From a virus (taxonomy: Duplodnaviria > Caudoviricetes): a DNA stretch of 60,486 nt. Location: the IMG/VR virus record IMGVR_UViG_3300037846_000086, positions 1 through 60,486 of that record; one strand, written 5' to 3'. The position numbers and the translations under genes were made by a program. Positions 1-8,974 of the stretch are shown here, in pieces. How positions within the stretch are numbered: position 1 is the stretch's first letter; every line of letters starts with the position of its first letter. Under the pieces are notes generated by a model, which did no database searches, was not told where the DNA came from, and was given only the letters and a program-made list of their open reading frames with translations.

Positions 1-35
1 CGCAAGCTCCATGATGATCGAAAGCGTGGTGCATC

Positions 36-1394
36 GTGACGGTCACTAAGCCATCGGCCGACGTCGTGGCGATGAAGCAAGGCAAGCGGCATCGCGCCAC
101 GTTCGCCCGGTCGAAGTGCCCTCGCTGTGGAAGGCCGATCGAAATTGGCCAGATGCTTGAGCGCGTCTATCCTGTTGGTGCGACTGTCTGGGCGCATGAA
201 GGATGCGTACCTGCCGAGCCTGCGGCCTATTCTCCCGAAGCCCTTGAGAGATTCCCTAGCTTGAGTCGCGAGGAAGGTAACGGCGAACTGCCAGCCCGGG
301 ACGACGCGGCTGATTGTGCGGCCGTTGTTTCTCAGGCCGTCGAGTTTGTGACGCAACCGGAAAAGCCTGCCGAAGTTGGCCCTGCCGATCCGGAAGCCGT
401 CGCTCGGTTGGTCATGGAAAAGATGGGTGTGGACATCGCTCAAGCCGCGGCCATCGCCGCGCAGCGCGTAGCCGAGACGCTGACGGACTCAGTCGGTAAG
501 GCGATCCTCGGGGACGTGCTAGAAGCTGTCAACGCGAAGTGCCGGCAACTGGCCGTGACACTGGCGGAGCACGTTGATACGCGGCTCGACAAGTTAATGG
601 TGCCGAAGGTTGTGTTGCTCAAGAGCGAGACGACCGAGCGCGTGATCGATGGCGTGACGCATGCCGCATTCCCGCGCGTGCTTCAGCTTGCGGCGGCCCG
701 TTGCAATATCTTTTTGCCAGGTCCGAGCGGCTGCGGAAAAACGCACCTAAGCCGGCAAGTTGCCGACGCCCTTGGCCTGGAGTTCGGCATCATCAGCTTT
801 TCGGAGGGCGTGAGCGAGACCAAGATCGTCGGCCGCGTGCTGCCGAACCTGTCTACCGGGCAGAGTGTTTATGAGCCAAGCGAATTCGTAACGCGATTCG
901 AGCAAGGCGGTGTGATGCTGCTGGACGAAATTGACTCGGCCGACGCGAACGTACTGCTCAAGATCAACTCGGCTATCGGCAACGGATACCTGGCCCTCGA
1001 CCGCCAAGAGAATCCGATCGCCAGCCGTCACGCTGATTTCGTCTGCATCGCGGCTGGCAACACGTTCGGCCACGGCGCCGACATGGAGTACACGGGCCGC
1101 ACGCGGCTGGACATGGCGACGCTTGACCGCTTCCGGATCGGAACGGTGCCCATGGATTACGATCCGGAGCTGGAGAAAACCCTTTGCCCTGACGCCGATC
1201 TGCGCAAGGTTTTGCAAGGCTGGCGGGCGAAGATTCGCGAGCACGGCATCCGCGGCCGGATTCTATCCAGCCGCTTCCTGCAAGATGCCTACCGCATGAC
1301 GCAGGTAGCAAGCTGGACGCTCCGCGAGATCGAGGAAGCGTATTTTGCAGGCTGGAAGCGAGACGAAAAGCTGAAGGTGCTCGGCCGCAGTTGA
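36..1394 (+). CDS. MoxR/CbbQ/CobS-like AAA+ ATPase with N-terminal Zn-ribbon-like region
   Basis: Walker A GPSGCGKT, Walker B LLDEID, AAGNT sensor and LDMATLDRF arginine finger; N-terminal CPRC...HEGC. Confidence 0.85.
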   Translation: MTVTKPSADVVAMKQGKRHRATFARSKCPRCGRPIEIGQMLERVYPVGATVWAHEGCVPAEPAAYSPEALERFPSLSREEGNGELPARDDAADCAAVVSQAVEFVTQPEKPAEVGPADPEAVARLVMEKMGVDIAQAAAIAAQRVAETLTDSVGKAILGDVLEAVNAKCRQLAVTLAEHVDTRLDKLMVPKVVLLKSETTERVIDGVTHAAFPRVLQLAAARCNIFLPGPSGCGKTHLSRQVADALGLEFGIISFSEGVSETKIVGRVLPNLSTGQSVYEPSEFVTRFEQGGVMLLDEIDSADANVLLKINSAIGNGYLALDRQENPIASRHADFVCIAAGNTFGHGADMEYTGRTRLDMATLDRFRIGTVPMDYDPELEKTLCPDADLRKVLQGWRAKIREHGIRGRILSSRFLQDAYRMTQVASWTLREIEEAYFAGWKRDEKLKVLGRS

Positions 1395-1420
1395 CGGCCG
1401 GAATGTCGTGGCGATATATT
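1391..1420 (+). promoter_or_regulatory. sigma70-like promoter with operator-like palindrome TGTCG-TGG-CGATA (1404-1416)
   Basis: TTGACG-18nt-TATATT; same motif occurs at 45659, 53200 and 54864. Confidence 0.6.
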
Positions 1421-1429
1421 GAGTGAATC

Positions 1430-1738
1430 ATGGGACGTGGAAAGCGCAAGGAGAGGCCGTTGGCCGAGGCAATGACCTGCTGTGCTTTCGTTGGTGGAAT
1501 TGCTGACGGCAAGAAAGAGCGCGTGCGCGATTGGATGAACTCTGCAATGGTCGTCTCACTTAAGCGCGGTCCTTCTCCGCGAGCAATGTACTTTTCGAAA
1601 TATCGGCGGCGACCGGGCACATCCGTATTTGAGTTGGAACGAGAGGAACCGGCCGAGTTCGTCTACATTACCGAACTTGTGGACGAGCAACCAAATCCTG
1701 AAGAAGCATCCTTTCCCGTCTCTGTATGCGACACGTAA
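1430..1738 (+). CDS. hypothetical protein
   Basis: ATG just downstream of the promoter; fills the gap between two + strand genes. Confidence 0.55.
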   Translation: MGRGKRKERPLAEAMTCCAFVGGIADGKKERVRDWMNSAMVVSLKRGPSPRAMYFSKYRRRPGTSVFELEREEPAEFVYITELVDEQPNPEEASFPVSVCDT

Positions 1739-2619
1739 CTTTGCCGAAATCCGAACGCCGTCCACCGGCCGAGCTACTCGTCTTCGACGACGTGCTCGAC
1801 GCCTCGACGCACGGCCTAGCGGCTACTGTCGGGGACAAGCGGAACCCGAACGCTGTCCTGCCGGAGTTGGCTGCCGGCTTCCAGGGGCGGCGATTTAGCG
1901 GGCTACATGCCGCCGCCGAAGCTGCCCACAAGCCGTGGCCTGAAGGACTGGCCATCATTGAAGACATGCTACAGCGACTCGACGACGCTGACCTGCCGCA
2001 GCCGGTCAGCCGACGGCGCAAGCGAGTGCATAGCGAAGATGACGGTGACGAGGTTTGCGTCGACCGTTACCTTCGCGGCCGGGATGATCTGTGGGAAGCT
2101 CGGCACAAGCGAGTCCAGCGGGCACCGGCCGTCGTGACGATCGCAACGAACCTATCGGCGAACTGCGGCGTCGATCACAAGAGTATCCTCTGGCGTGGCG
2201 CCGCGGCCGTGTGCTTGGCAACGCTGCTGGAGCGAGCCAACTACTCGGCCGACCTGTGGGCCGTGATTCATGGCCGCAACGGCATGGCAGCCGGCCGCGA
2301 TGGCGCCCCGTGCTCGTGGGTGACGGCGATCAACGTCAAGCAAGCCGGCCAAACGATCGATCTGGGCACGATCACGGCGGCCGTCTCGGGCTGGTTCTTT
2401 CGGACGGTTGGATTTATGACGGCCAACGCGGCGGCCGGCTGTCATCCGTGCTACTCGCTCGGCCAAGCCGGCAAGATCGGACAATTCTTGCCCGAGTTCA
2501 TTCGGACCGATGAGCCGATCATCATCGACGAAGTTTGGGATTACAACGCCGCGGTGGAGCTTGTGCGTGAATCGCTACTGGCACTGCATCTGCGGACCGA
2601 AGAGCAACTACAAGCGTGA
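1726..2619 (+). CDS. putative VWA-like (CobT-type) partner of the AAA+ ATPase
   Basis: Adjacent to the MoxR-type ATPase; beta-strand followed by degenerate MIDAS-like VTIATNLSANCG. Confidence 0.5.
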   Translation: MRHVTLPKSERRPPAELLVFDDVLDASTHGLAATVGDKRNPNAVLPELAAGFQGRRFSGLHAAAEAAHKPWPEGLAIIEDMLQRLDDADLPQPVSRRRKRVHSEDDGDEVCVDRYLRGRDDLWEARHKRVQRAPAVVTIATNLSANCGVDHKSILWRGAAAVCLATLLERANYSADLWAVIHGRNGMAAGRDGAPCSWVTAINVKQAGQTIDLGTITAAVSGWFFRTVGFMTANAAAGCHPCYSLGQAGKIGQFLPEFIRTDEPIIIDEVWDYNAAVELVRESLLALHLRTEEQLQA

Positions 2620-2646
2620 ACTAAATTACTCACAAGCGAGGGAGCC

Positions 2647-3993
2647 ATGACCGTACTGAGCGACAACGCCAGGATTCTGCAATTCGAAGCCGAGAACGTC
2701 CAAGGGCTGAAGGTGGTCAAGCTGTCGCCCGATCGGAACTCGGTCGTCGTCAGCGGCCCCAACGGCTGCGGAAAAAGTAGCGTGCTTGATTCCCTGGAAA
2801 TGGCGATGCTCGGCGCGAAGCACTTTTCAAAGCGGCCGATCCGCGACGGCGAGACGCACGCTCACGTTAAGATCGACATCGGCGACCTGGCCACCGAGCT
2901 ACAAGTCGAGCGGACGTTCACGCCGAACGGAAGTTACCTGACCGTCAAGACGGCTGACGGCCGGCCGGTGAAGTCGCCGCAGGATATTCTGAATTCGCTG
3001 TTCTCCGGCATTGCGTTCGACCCGCTCGAATTCATGTCCCTCAAGCCCGAACGGCAAGTCGAAGAGTTGAAGCATGTCGCCGGCCTCGACTTCAAAGACC
3101 TCGACGTTGCCCGAGACAAAGCCTACGGCGACCGCACGCTCATCAACCGGCAGGTGACGCAGGCGGAATGGGAGCTGAAGCAAATCGACCCGGCTTTCGA
3201 GGACGCGCCGGTCGAAGAGGTCAAGGCCGGCGAGCTGGTGGCCGAGCTGACGACGCGGCAGGATGTCAACGCGGCGAATGCCGAGCAGCGGACTGCGTTG
3301 CATGATCTGGAGCTGGCCGAGCAAGAGGCAGCCGACTTGGTCGCCACGGTCGTCGAGGAAGTGGCCGAGCTGCGGCGTCGGCTGGAAGAATCGGAAAATC
3401 GGCTGGCCGTGGCCCGGGCCGACCTGAAAGATTCCTGCGACAAGGCCAAGGCGCAGCTCGCCATCGTTGAGGCCCTTGAAGACGCCGACGCTGAAGAGAT
3501 CAAGCACGATCTAGCCGAAGTTGACGATCAGAATCGAAAGTACCGCCACAACGAACGCCGACGCCTGCAAGAGTCGCGGATCGCCGACCTGAAAGAACAG
3601 TCCCTGGCGCTGACGGCGCAGCTCGACGGCATCGAAGCCGAGCGGCTGGCTCGGATCGCCGCGGCGCCGTTGCCGCTGCCGGGGCTCGGCTTCGGCGATG
3701 ACGGCGTGACCTTCGACGGTATCCCGCTGGAGCAAGTCAACACGGCTTCGATAATCGAGATCAGTGTCGAGATGGGGCTGGCGATGCACCCGAAGCTGCG
3801 CGTGCTGCTCATCCGCCGCGGCAACGATCTGGACGACGAGACCTTCCCGGTGATCGCTCGGCTGGCCGCGAAGCACGATGCCCAATTCTGGATTGAGCGT
3901 ATTCGGCCGGACGGCCAAGCGGCCATCGTCATCCGTGAAGGCGAAGTGGCCGAGGTTGTGGCGGCCGTGGAAGGCGATGAGAACCCGTACTGA
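2647..3993 (+). CDS. SMC/RecN-like coiled-coil ATPase
   Basis: N-terminal Walker A GPNGCGKSS, long central coiled coil, C-terminal head half; RBS GAGGGAG. Confidence 0.8.
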   Translation: MTVLSDNARILQFEAENVQGLKVVKLSPDRNSVVVSGPNGCGKSSVLDSLEMAMLGAKHFSKRPIRDGETHAHVKIDIGDLATELQVERTFTPNGSYLTVKTADGRPVKSPQDILNSLFSGIAFDPLEFMSLKPERQVEELKHVAGLDFKDLDVARDKAYGDRTLINRQVTQAEWELKQIDPAFEDAPVEEVKAGELVAELTTRQDVNAANAEQRTALHDLELAEQEAADLVATVVEEVAELRRRLEESENRLAVARADLKDSCDKAKAQLAIVEALEDADAEEIKHDLAEVDDQNRKYRHNERRRLQESRIADLKEQSLALTAQLDGIEAERLARIAAAPLPLPGLGFGDDGVTFDGIPLEQVNTASIIEISVEMGLAMHPKLRVLLIRRGNDLDDETFPVIARLAAKHDAQFWIERIRPDGQAAIVIREGEVAEVVAAVEGDENPY

Positions 3994-4307
3994 TGGACTT
4001 ACTCACCGACCGGCAGCAGGCCATCTTCAATTTTATTGTCGGCTTCGTGCGAGCCCATGGTTACTCGCCGAGCTATCGAGACATCATGCGGGAGTTTGGA
4101 TTCGTTTCTACACAGGGCGTCGAGTGTCACCTTGTTTCCCTGGAAGTAAAGGGGGTTATTTCCAGGCCAGTAAAGGGAACCGGGAATGCCCGATCGATCG
4201 TCGTGAATCTATCGTTCCTGGAAAACTGCCCATGCTGCGGACAGAAGCTACCGCCATGCCGCGACACCGCAAAGACTGCCTCCAGCGGAAGCCCTATGGC
4301 AAGCTGA
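3993..4307 (+). CDS. LexA-type DNA-binding domain protein (no peptidase domain)
   Basis: LTDRQQAIFNFI...GYSPSYRDIMREFGF.S...V..HL..LE.KG.I matches the LexA N-terminal wHTH; TGATG coupling to the upstream gene. Confidence 0.85.
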   Translation: MDLLTDRQQAIFNFIVGFVRAHGYSPSYRDIMREFGFVSTQGVECHLVSLEVKGVISRPVKGTGNARSIVVNLSFLENCPCCGQKLPPCRDTAKTASSGSPMAS

Positions 4308-4693
4308 GTGAGCAAGACATCCTCGACATGCTGACGGACGGACGGCTATTCGTGGACGTTGAAACGGGCCAGGTGTCGGTTGCCAGCGGCCGGTTCCTGA
4401 TCCCGTTTCCGTGCAAGGGCCGCTATCTGTTCGTTCGCGTCCACGCCAACGGCTGCCGGCGTGGGATTGCGGTTCATAAGCTGGTTTGGATGAAGGTCCA
4501 CGGCTGCGTTGTGCCGGAAGGATGCGATGTGCATCATAAAGACAGGCGGCGACAGAATAATCACTACAAGAATCTGGAGGTCGAAGAGATGGGGCCGCAC
4601 CGCTCGTCTGCGGCATTGACGGGAGCCGCGGAGCGATACGGCTATCCGATCGGCTGGGACATCGAAGAGGAATTCGACCTGGCGGACTTTTGA
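4256..4693 (+). CDS. HNH endonuclease
   Basis: VHKLVW...DVHHKDRRRQNNHYKNLE motif; start codon uncertain (4232 or 4256). Confidence 0.8.
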   Translation: MPRHRKDCLQRKPYGKLSEQDILDMLTDGRLFVDVETGQVSVASGRFLIPFPCKGRYLFVRVHANGCRRGIAVHKLVWMKVHGCVVPEGCDVHHKDRRRQNNHYKNLEVEEMGPHRSSAALTGAAERYGYPIGWDIEEEFDLADF

Positions 4694-4709
4694 GCAAGGA
4701 GGCTCGACC

Positions 4710-4898
4710 ATGGAAGACGGCTTAGGGGATCTGCTATACCTGGTCGCCGGCACGCTGGTGAAGGCCGGCGCCTGGGCCGCGTATCGCATCTGGAAATACT
4801 GGTGGCTGGACCCGGACGTTGAACTTGCGGCCGCCGACGAGATGGCTTATACTATATATCGCGAGGACACATTAACAGGCAAATCCAATGGTCACTAA
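4710..4898 (+). CDS. small membrane-associated hypothetical protein
   Basis: RBS AGGAGG; hydrophobic N-terminal helix. Confidence 0.55.
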   Translation: MEDGLGDLLYLVAGTLVKAGAWAAYRIWKYWWLDPDVELAAADEMAYTIYREDTLTGKSNGH

Positions 4899-5229
4899 GA
4901 CACGAAAACCCAAGTACCCTCACCGCTTCCGGGCGTTCAATTTCAAAGGCACCGATGCCGACTTCAAGGCCATCCTCCGGCTGAAGACAAAAATCAACTG
5001 CATCTCCCTGGCCGACGGCGTCCGGCAGGCGTTGGCCCTGGCGTCACGCGGCCGCGGCAAGTTGCACTTCGAGCGCGAGCAGGACCGTGTGCTGACGCAT
5101 TCTATCATCTTGCGGTTCCGCCCCGGCGACTTGATTCTGCTCGCCGCCCTGCAAGACCGACTGAGGCGCGACGGCGAGGTGGTGAGTAAGACGGACGTTA
5201 TTCGCTACGCCATACGTGCGATTGATTGA
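4888..5229 (+). CDS. putative tandem ribbon-helix-helix DNA-binding protein
   Basis: Basic; two strand-helix-helix-like units ending SLADGVRQAL and SKTDVIRYAI. Confidence 0.45.
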   Translation: MVTKTRKPKYPHRFRAFNFKGTDADFKAILRLKTKINCISLADGVRQALALASRGRGKLHFEREQDRVLTHSIILRFRPGDLILLAALQDRLRRDGEVVSKTDVIRYAIRAID

Positions 5230-5244
5230 TAAGGCGCCTGTCGT

Positions 5245-5286
5245 GGCCGGCCGGTTCGGACATGACGCCGAGCCGGCCGGTTTTTT
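5245..5286 (+). terminator. rho-independent terminator
   Basis: CCGGCCGGTTCGG/CCGAGCCGGCCGG stem followed by T6. Confidence 0.8.
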
Positions 5287-5311
5287 GCGCGGCTGCGATG
5301 TCCCGCCGGCG

Positions 5312-5341
5312 TTGACGGCCTGCATCTTCTCCCTGTACCGT
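5312..5341 (+). promoter_or_regulatory. candidate sigma70 promoter giving a leaderless mRNA for the ParB-MTase
   Basis: TTGACG-18nt-TACCGT with ATG at 5349. Confidence 0.4.
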
Positions 5342-5348
5342 GCTCTAC

Positions 5349-6680
5349 ATGGCCAAGCGATCCGCAAAGAAGGACGAGCCGCCGGCCGGCTTGCAGGTCC
5401 AGCGCAAACGCTGCGACGCATTGATGCTCGACCCGGCCAACGTCCGCCGGCATCCGGAGCGGAACCTGGAAGCGATCAAGGGCTCGCTGGCCATGTTCGG
5501 CCAGCAGCGGCCGATCCTCATTCGCGAGAATGGCGTCGTCCTGGCCGGCAACGGGACGTTAGAAGCCGCTCGGGCTCTGGGCTGGCAAGAGATCGACGTT
5601 GTCGTCACGACGCTGGAAGGTGCCAAGGCGATGGCCTATGCGATTGCGGACAACAAGACCACCGACCTGAGTGAGTTTGGATTCGCCGACTTGGCCGAGC
5701 AGCTCCGCGAGATCGAAGCCGAGAACCACGATCTGGCCATGGCCACCGGCTTTGCCGATTTCGAGCTGGACCCATTGCTCAAGGCCGAGTGGTCTCCGCC
5801 TGGCGAGAATGGTCAGCCGAGCGTAACCGAAGATGAGCCGCCGGAACCGCCGGCCGAGCCGATCACGAAGCCCGGCGACCTGATCATCATGGGTGACCAC
5901 AGGCTGCTCTGCGGTGACTCGACTAAGGCTGAAGACGTGGCGCTGGTAATGAACGGCGAGCGGGCCGGGCTGATGAACACCGACCCGCCGTACGGTGTGG
6001 CATACGACAATGCAGATCGGACCGAAAGGAACGGCCAAGGCGTGGCCTTTGTTCGATCAAAAAAGGCAGCAGTTGAAAACGATGCCATTCAAGGTAACGA
6101 CTTGCAGGCATTTCTCGAATCCGTATTTCGTTTGGCAGTTGAAGCATCGCTCACGAAAAATGCGGCCTGGTATCTGTGGCATGCTAACCTTACGGAAGGG
6201 TTCTTTTCCGCCGCCGCCGCCGCCGTAAATGTTGTGCTGCATCGAAGTATTATCTGGGTTAAGCCGCATTTTCTAATCGGCCGTGGGCAGTACCATTGGA
6301 AGCACGAACCATGCTTTATGGGTTGGGTCGAAGGCCATCAACCACCCGATTACGGGCTCGGCAACGGCGAGCGTACGCAAACGACAGTCTGGGAAATCGG
6401 CTCGGTCACGAACGCCGAACGGAAGGAATTCAACCACGCCACGCCGAAACCGGTGGCGCTCTTTGCCATTCCCATCGTCAAGCACTTGAAGCCGGGCGAG
6501 CTTTGCTATGAGCCATTTGCGGGCAGTGGGCCGCAGTTCATCGCAGCCGAGCAGCTCGGGCGTCGCTGTGCAGGTTTGGAACTGGAGCCCAGGTTCTGCG
6601 ACGTCATCGCCACCCGCTGGGAAAACCTAACCGGCCGCAAGGCCGAGCGAATCCCAGCCGCCGAAGCCGATCCTTACTAA
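5349..6680 (+). CDS. ParB-like domain fused to N4-cytosine/N6-adenine DNA methyltransferase (beta class)
   Basis: N-terminal NVRRH...SLAMFGQQRPI...AGNGT...ADNK; catalytic DPPY precedes HATPKP and EPFAGSG SAM-binding motif. Confidence 0.9.
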   Translation: MAKRSAKKDEPPAGLQVQRKRCDALMLDPANVRRHPERNLEAIKGSLAMFGQQRPILIRENGVVLAGNGTLEAARALGWQEIDVVVTTLEGAKAMAYAIADNKTTDLSEFGFADLAEQLREIEAENHDLAMATGFADFELDPLLKAEWSPPGENGQPSVTEDEPPEPPAEPITKPGDLIIMGDHRLLCGDSTKAEDVALVMNGERAGLMNTDPPYGVAYDNADRTERNGQGVAFVRSKKAAVENDAIQGNDLQAFLESVFRLAVEASLTKNAAWYLWHANLTEGFFSAAAAAVNVVLHRSIIWVKPHFLIGRGQYHWKHEPCFMGWVEGHQPPDYGLGNGERTQTTVWEIGSVTNAERKEFNHATPKPVALFAIPIVKHLKPGELCYEPFAGSGPQFIAAEQLGRRCAGLELEPRFCDVIATRWENLTGRKAERIPAAEADPY

Positions 6681-6704
6681 CTCACTTCCCCCAGGTCCAT
6701 TGCC

Positions 6705-7343
6705 ATGTCCAAAACCATTGCTCTTCTCTCCGGCGGCCTCGACTCCACCGTCCTACTCTACCACCTGAAGGCCCTAGGCGACGACGTCTCGGCTCTGGGC
6801 TTCCACTACGGCCAGCGGCACCACCGGGAGCTGATCGCAGCCCACGGAATTGCCGCTGCCGCCGCGATACCCTACCAAATGATCGACATCCGGGGCGTGA
6901 ACGTCCTGCTGCGAGGCTCCAGTCAGAGTGACCATCATGTCCCGGTCCCCGATGGTAGGCAGAGCCCCGAGACGCTGGCTGTAACCGCCGTCCCAAACCT
7001 GCCGATGATCCTGCTGGCCTGTGCTGGGGCGGCTGCGATCAGCCAGAGGGCCGACATGGTTGCCTGGTGTGAGTATCCCGGCGAGCAGCCTACTTTCAAT
7101 AGCGACCTGGCTGAGGCCTTTTGCTCAAACGGATTCCCGGCAGTCGAGGTTGTTCAGCCTTTTCGGCCTATGACCAAGGCCCAGATCGTCAAGCGTGGCC
7201 TCGAGCTGGGCGTTCCGTTCGCCTCGACGTGGAGCTGCTACCGGGGCCTGACGGTCCACTGCGGGCGCTGCCCGGCCTGCATCGCCCGCCGAGAGGCCTT
7301 TGCCGAGGCCGGCGTTACCGACCCGACGATCTACGTGGTCTGA
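6705..7343 (+). CDS. queC: QueC-like (7-cyano-7-deazaguanine synthase family), divergent
   Basis: SGGLDS PP-loop, YGQRH, TWSCY-x6-CGRCPAC Zn site; lacks PxRN and YPDC motifs. Confidence 0.85.
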   Translation: MSKTIALLSGGLDSTVLLYHLKALGDDVSALGFHYGQRHHRELIAAHGIAAAAAIPYQMIDIRGVNVLLRGSSQSDHHVPVPDGRQSPETLAVTAVPNLPMILLACAGAAAISQRADMVAWCEYPGEQPTFNSDLAEAFCSNGFPAVEVVQPFRPMTKAQIVKRGLELGVPFASTWSCYRGLTVHCGRCPACIARREAFAEAGVTDPTIYVV

Positions 7344-7383
7344 GCCGCACGCGGCCACGGATGGCCCCAATGGAGCCTCTGTC

Positions 7384-7743
7384 ATGGATGGAGCAGAGAT
7401 CGAGACCACCCACTGCCATAGTGGCATGCTGACGATCGAGCTGGAGTTCCCTGGTCTGTACCGTCCGACGCTGCCTGTCCGCCGGCAAGCCTTCGATCAG
7501 ATTCGTATCGTCTACGCCCCGCAGGACCGCATAGCCACGCCCGAGACAGTCAGGCGGTTCGTTGACGCCTGCGAGGCCAGCAGGGCCCCAGGCGAACGAC
7601 TGGTGGCCCAGATCGCAGATGCCTTCCAGGCCCAGGTCGAGCCGCATTGGGTCGAGGTCGAGGGTAAGTTCAGCCGAGCGGGCGGTGTTGGCATGACGGT
7701 GCGGGCGTTCCGGCCGTGGGAGGAAAGCGGCGAACGGTACTGA
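7384..7743 (+). CDS. QueF-like T-fold protein lacking the catalytic Cys
   Basis: IRIVYAP...E...EPHWVEVEGKFSRAGGV aligns by eye to QueF IxIxYxP...HE...PxYIEVxGKFTPRGGI; directly follows queC. Confidence 0.65.
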   Translation: MDGAEIETTHCHSGMLTIELEFPGLYRPTLPVRRQAFDQIRIVYAPQDRIATPETVRRFVDACEASRAPGERLVAQIADAFQAQVEPHWVEVEGKFSRAGGVGMTVRAFRPWEESGERY

Positions 7744-7894
7744 CGCGTTGAAATTGTCCGATGAATCGCGATACAGAATCAGCAAGTGGTTTGGCGGTAA
7801 GTAATTGCGCTGGCTACAACTGAGGCGCGCTACAGAATTGAATCGCGGATCGTGGAAGTGACAGCAGCCGATACCGAGCCAGGGAGGGCGAAGC

Positions 7895-8014
7895 GTGGAA
7901 AAACGACAGCGGAGCGAGCTGGTCCTGACGCTGACGCACTTGGCCATTCTGATCGCCATGGCTGCGGCGGTTGGGGTGCTGGCCGACGTCTACGGCTGGC
8001 TGTTCTGGCGGTGA
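7895..8014 (+). CDS. 39-aa single-TM peptide
   Basis: RBS AGGGAGG and GTG start; MEKRQRSELVLTLTHLAILIAMAAAVGVLADVYGWLFWR. Confidence 0.5.
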   Translation: MEKRQRSELVLTLTHLAILIAMAAAVGVLADVYGWLFWR

Positions 8015-8043
8015 TTGCAATCTATCGCAGAGGCGTCTACGAT
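8015..8043 (+). promoter_or_regulatory. sigma70-like promoter upstream of terS leader
   Basis: TTGCAA-17nt-TACGAT. Confidence 0.6.
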
Positions 8044-8049
8044 AAACGC

Positions 8050-8229
8050 GTTCGCTGCTGCCGCGTGGACCCGATAAGGGATAGGTCGTGTCGGGATTGA
8101 GATGCCTTCCAAGCAAGGGCTGCCTCTGCGATGCCACCACCGAAGGACATGCAAGCTTTGCGGGTCAGCCTGGTGAGCGCCGCAAAGACCCCAGCAGCCG
8201 GTATCAAGCCCGGCCAGCAGCGAACTTTT
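8050..8229 (+). ncRNA. candidate structured ncRNA or leader RNA
   Basis: 11-bp closing stem 8050-8060/8215-8225 followed by T4; internal hairpins; begins at the predicted TSS. Confidence 0.45.
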
Positions 8230-8321
8230 GAAGTCATGGGTTCCGAGCAGCGAGCGCCTTGCGTCACGCTTCGCTGGGCGCCGCTGGCTCGGAAGACGGC
8301 TCAAGGAATAGCAAGCGAATC

Positions 8322-8966
8322 ATGGACGAACGGCCGGAACAACCGATCGAAGAAACCGCCCCGCCCGAGCAGCCACAACCTCGGCCACCGCGCAAGCGTG
8401 GCTGGCGGAAAAACAGAAGCAAGGGACAGATAGAAGCCGACATGGTCATTCTGGCGGAAATGTACTGCCAGGGGTACAAGCAATCCGAGATCGGCGAAGT
8501 GCTGGGCATCTCCCAGCAGCATGTATGCGAGGACATCAAGAAGCTGCGCGAGGCGTGGCGTGATTCGGGGATTCGCAACTTCGACCTAGCCAAAGAGGAA
8601 GAGCTTCGGAAGCTCGACGCCATGGAACGCGAGGCGTGGGACGCGTTTCGTCGCAGCCGGCGGCCGATGACGACGCGGAGCCAGGAAGAGACCAAGAAAC
8701 CTGGGGGCGGAGATGGCGACCGAAAGCTGAAGATCGAGCAGCGAGAGACGGTCGGCGATCCGCGGTACATGCTGATCGTTCTCGACTGCATCGACAAGCG
8801 GTGTAAGCTGCTGGCCCTCTACCCACCGCAAAAGATTGCCCCTACGGACCCGACCGGGATGGAACCGTACCTGGCGGCCGGGCGACAGATGTCGGATGAT
8901 GAGCTGCGCGTGATGGCGGCGATGGATCGGCACATACAAGCCCTACAAGTTCCAAGCGAGAATTGA
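8322..8966 (+). CDS. terminase small subunit (putative)
   Basis: HTH (YKQSEIGEVLGISQQHVCEDIKKLREAW) plus helical oligomerisation region; lies upstream of terL. Confidence 0.65.
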   Translation: MDERPEQPIEETAPPEQPQPRPPRKRGWRKNRSKGQIEADMVILAEMYCQGYKQSEIGEVLGISQQHVCEDIKKLREAWRDSGIRNFDLAKEEELRKLDAMEREAWDAFRRSRRPMTTRSQEETKKPGGGDGDRKLKIEQRETVGDPRYMLIVLDCIDKRCKLLALYPPQKIAPTDPTGMEPYLAAGRQMSDDELRVMAAMDRHIQALQVPSEN

Positions 8967-8974
8967 GGTAAGCG

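Noticed and set aside
6208-6225. (GCC)n run encoding poly-Ala in the methyltransferase as a phase-variation tract
   Set aside because: A trinucleotide unit cannot shift the frame, and the run is short
8197-8214. GCCGG-TATCAAGC-CCGGC resembles the twister ribozyme P4 hairpin
   Set aside because: The L1 UAA cleavage strand and the GA-plus-T1 strand are not in the required positions
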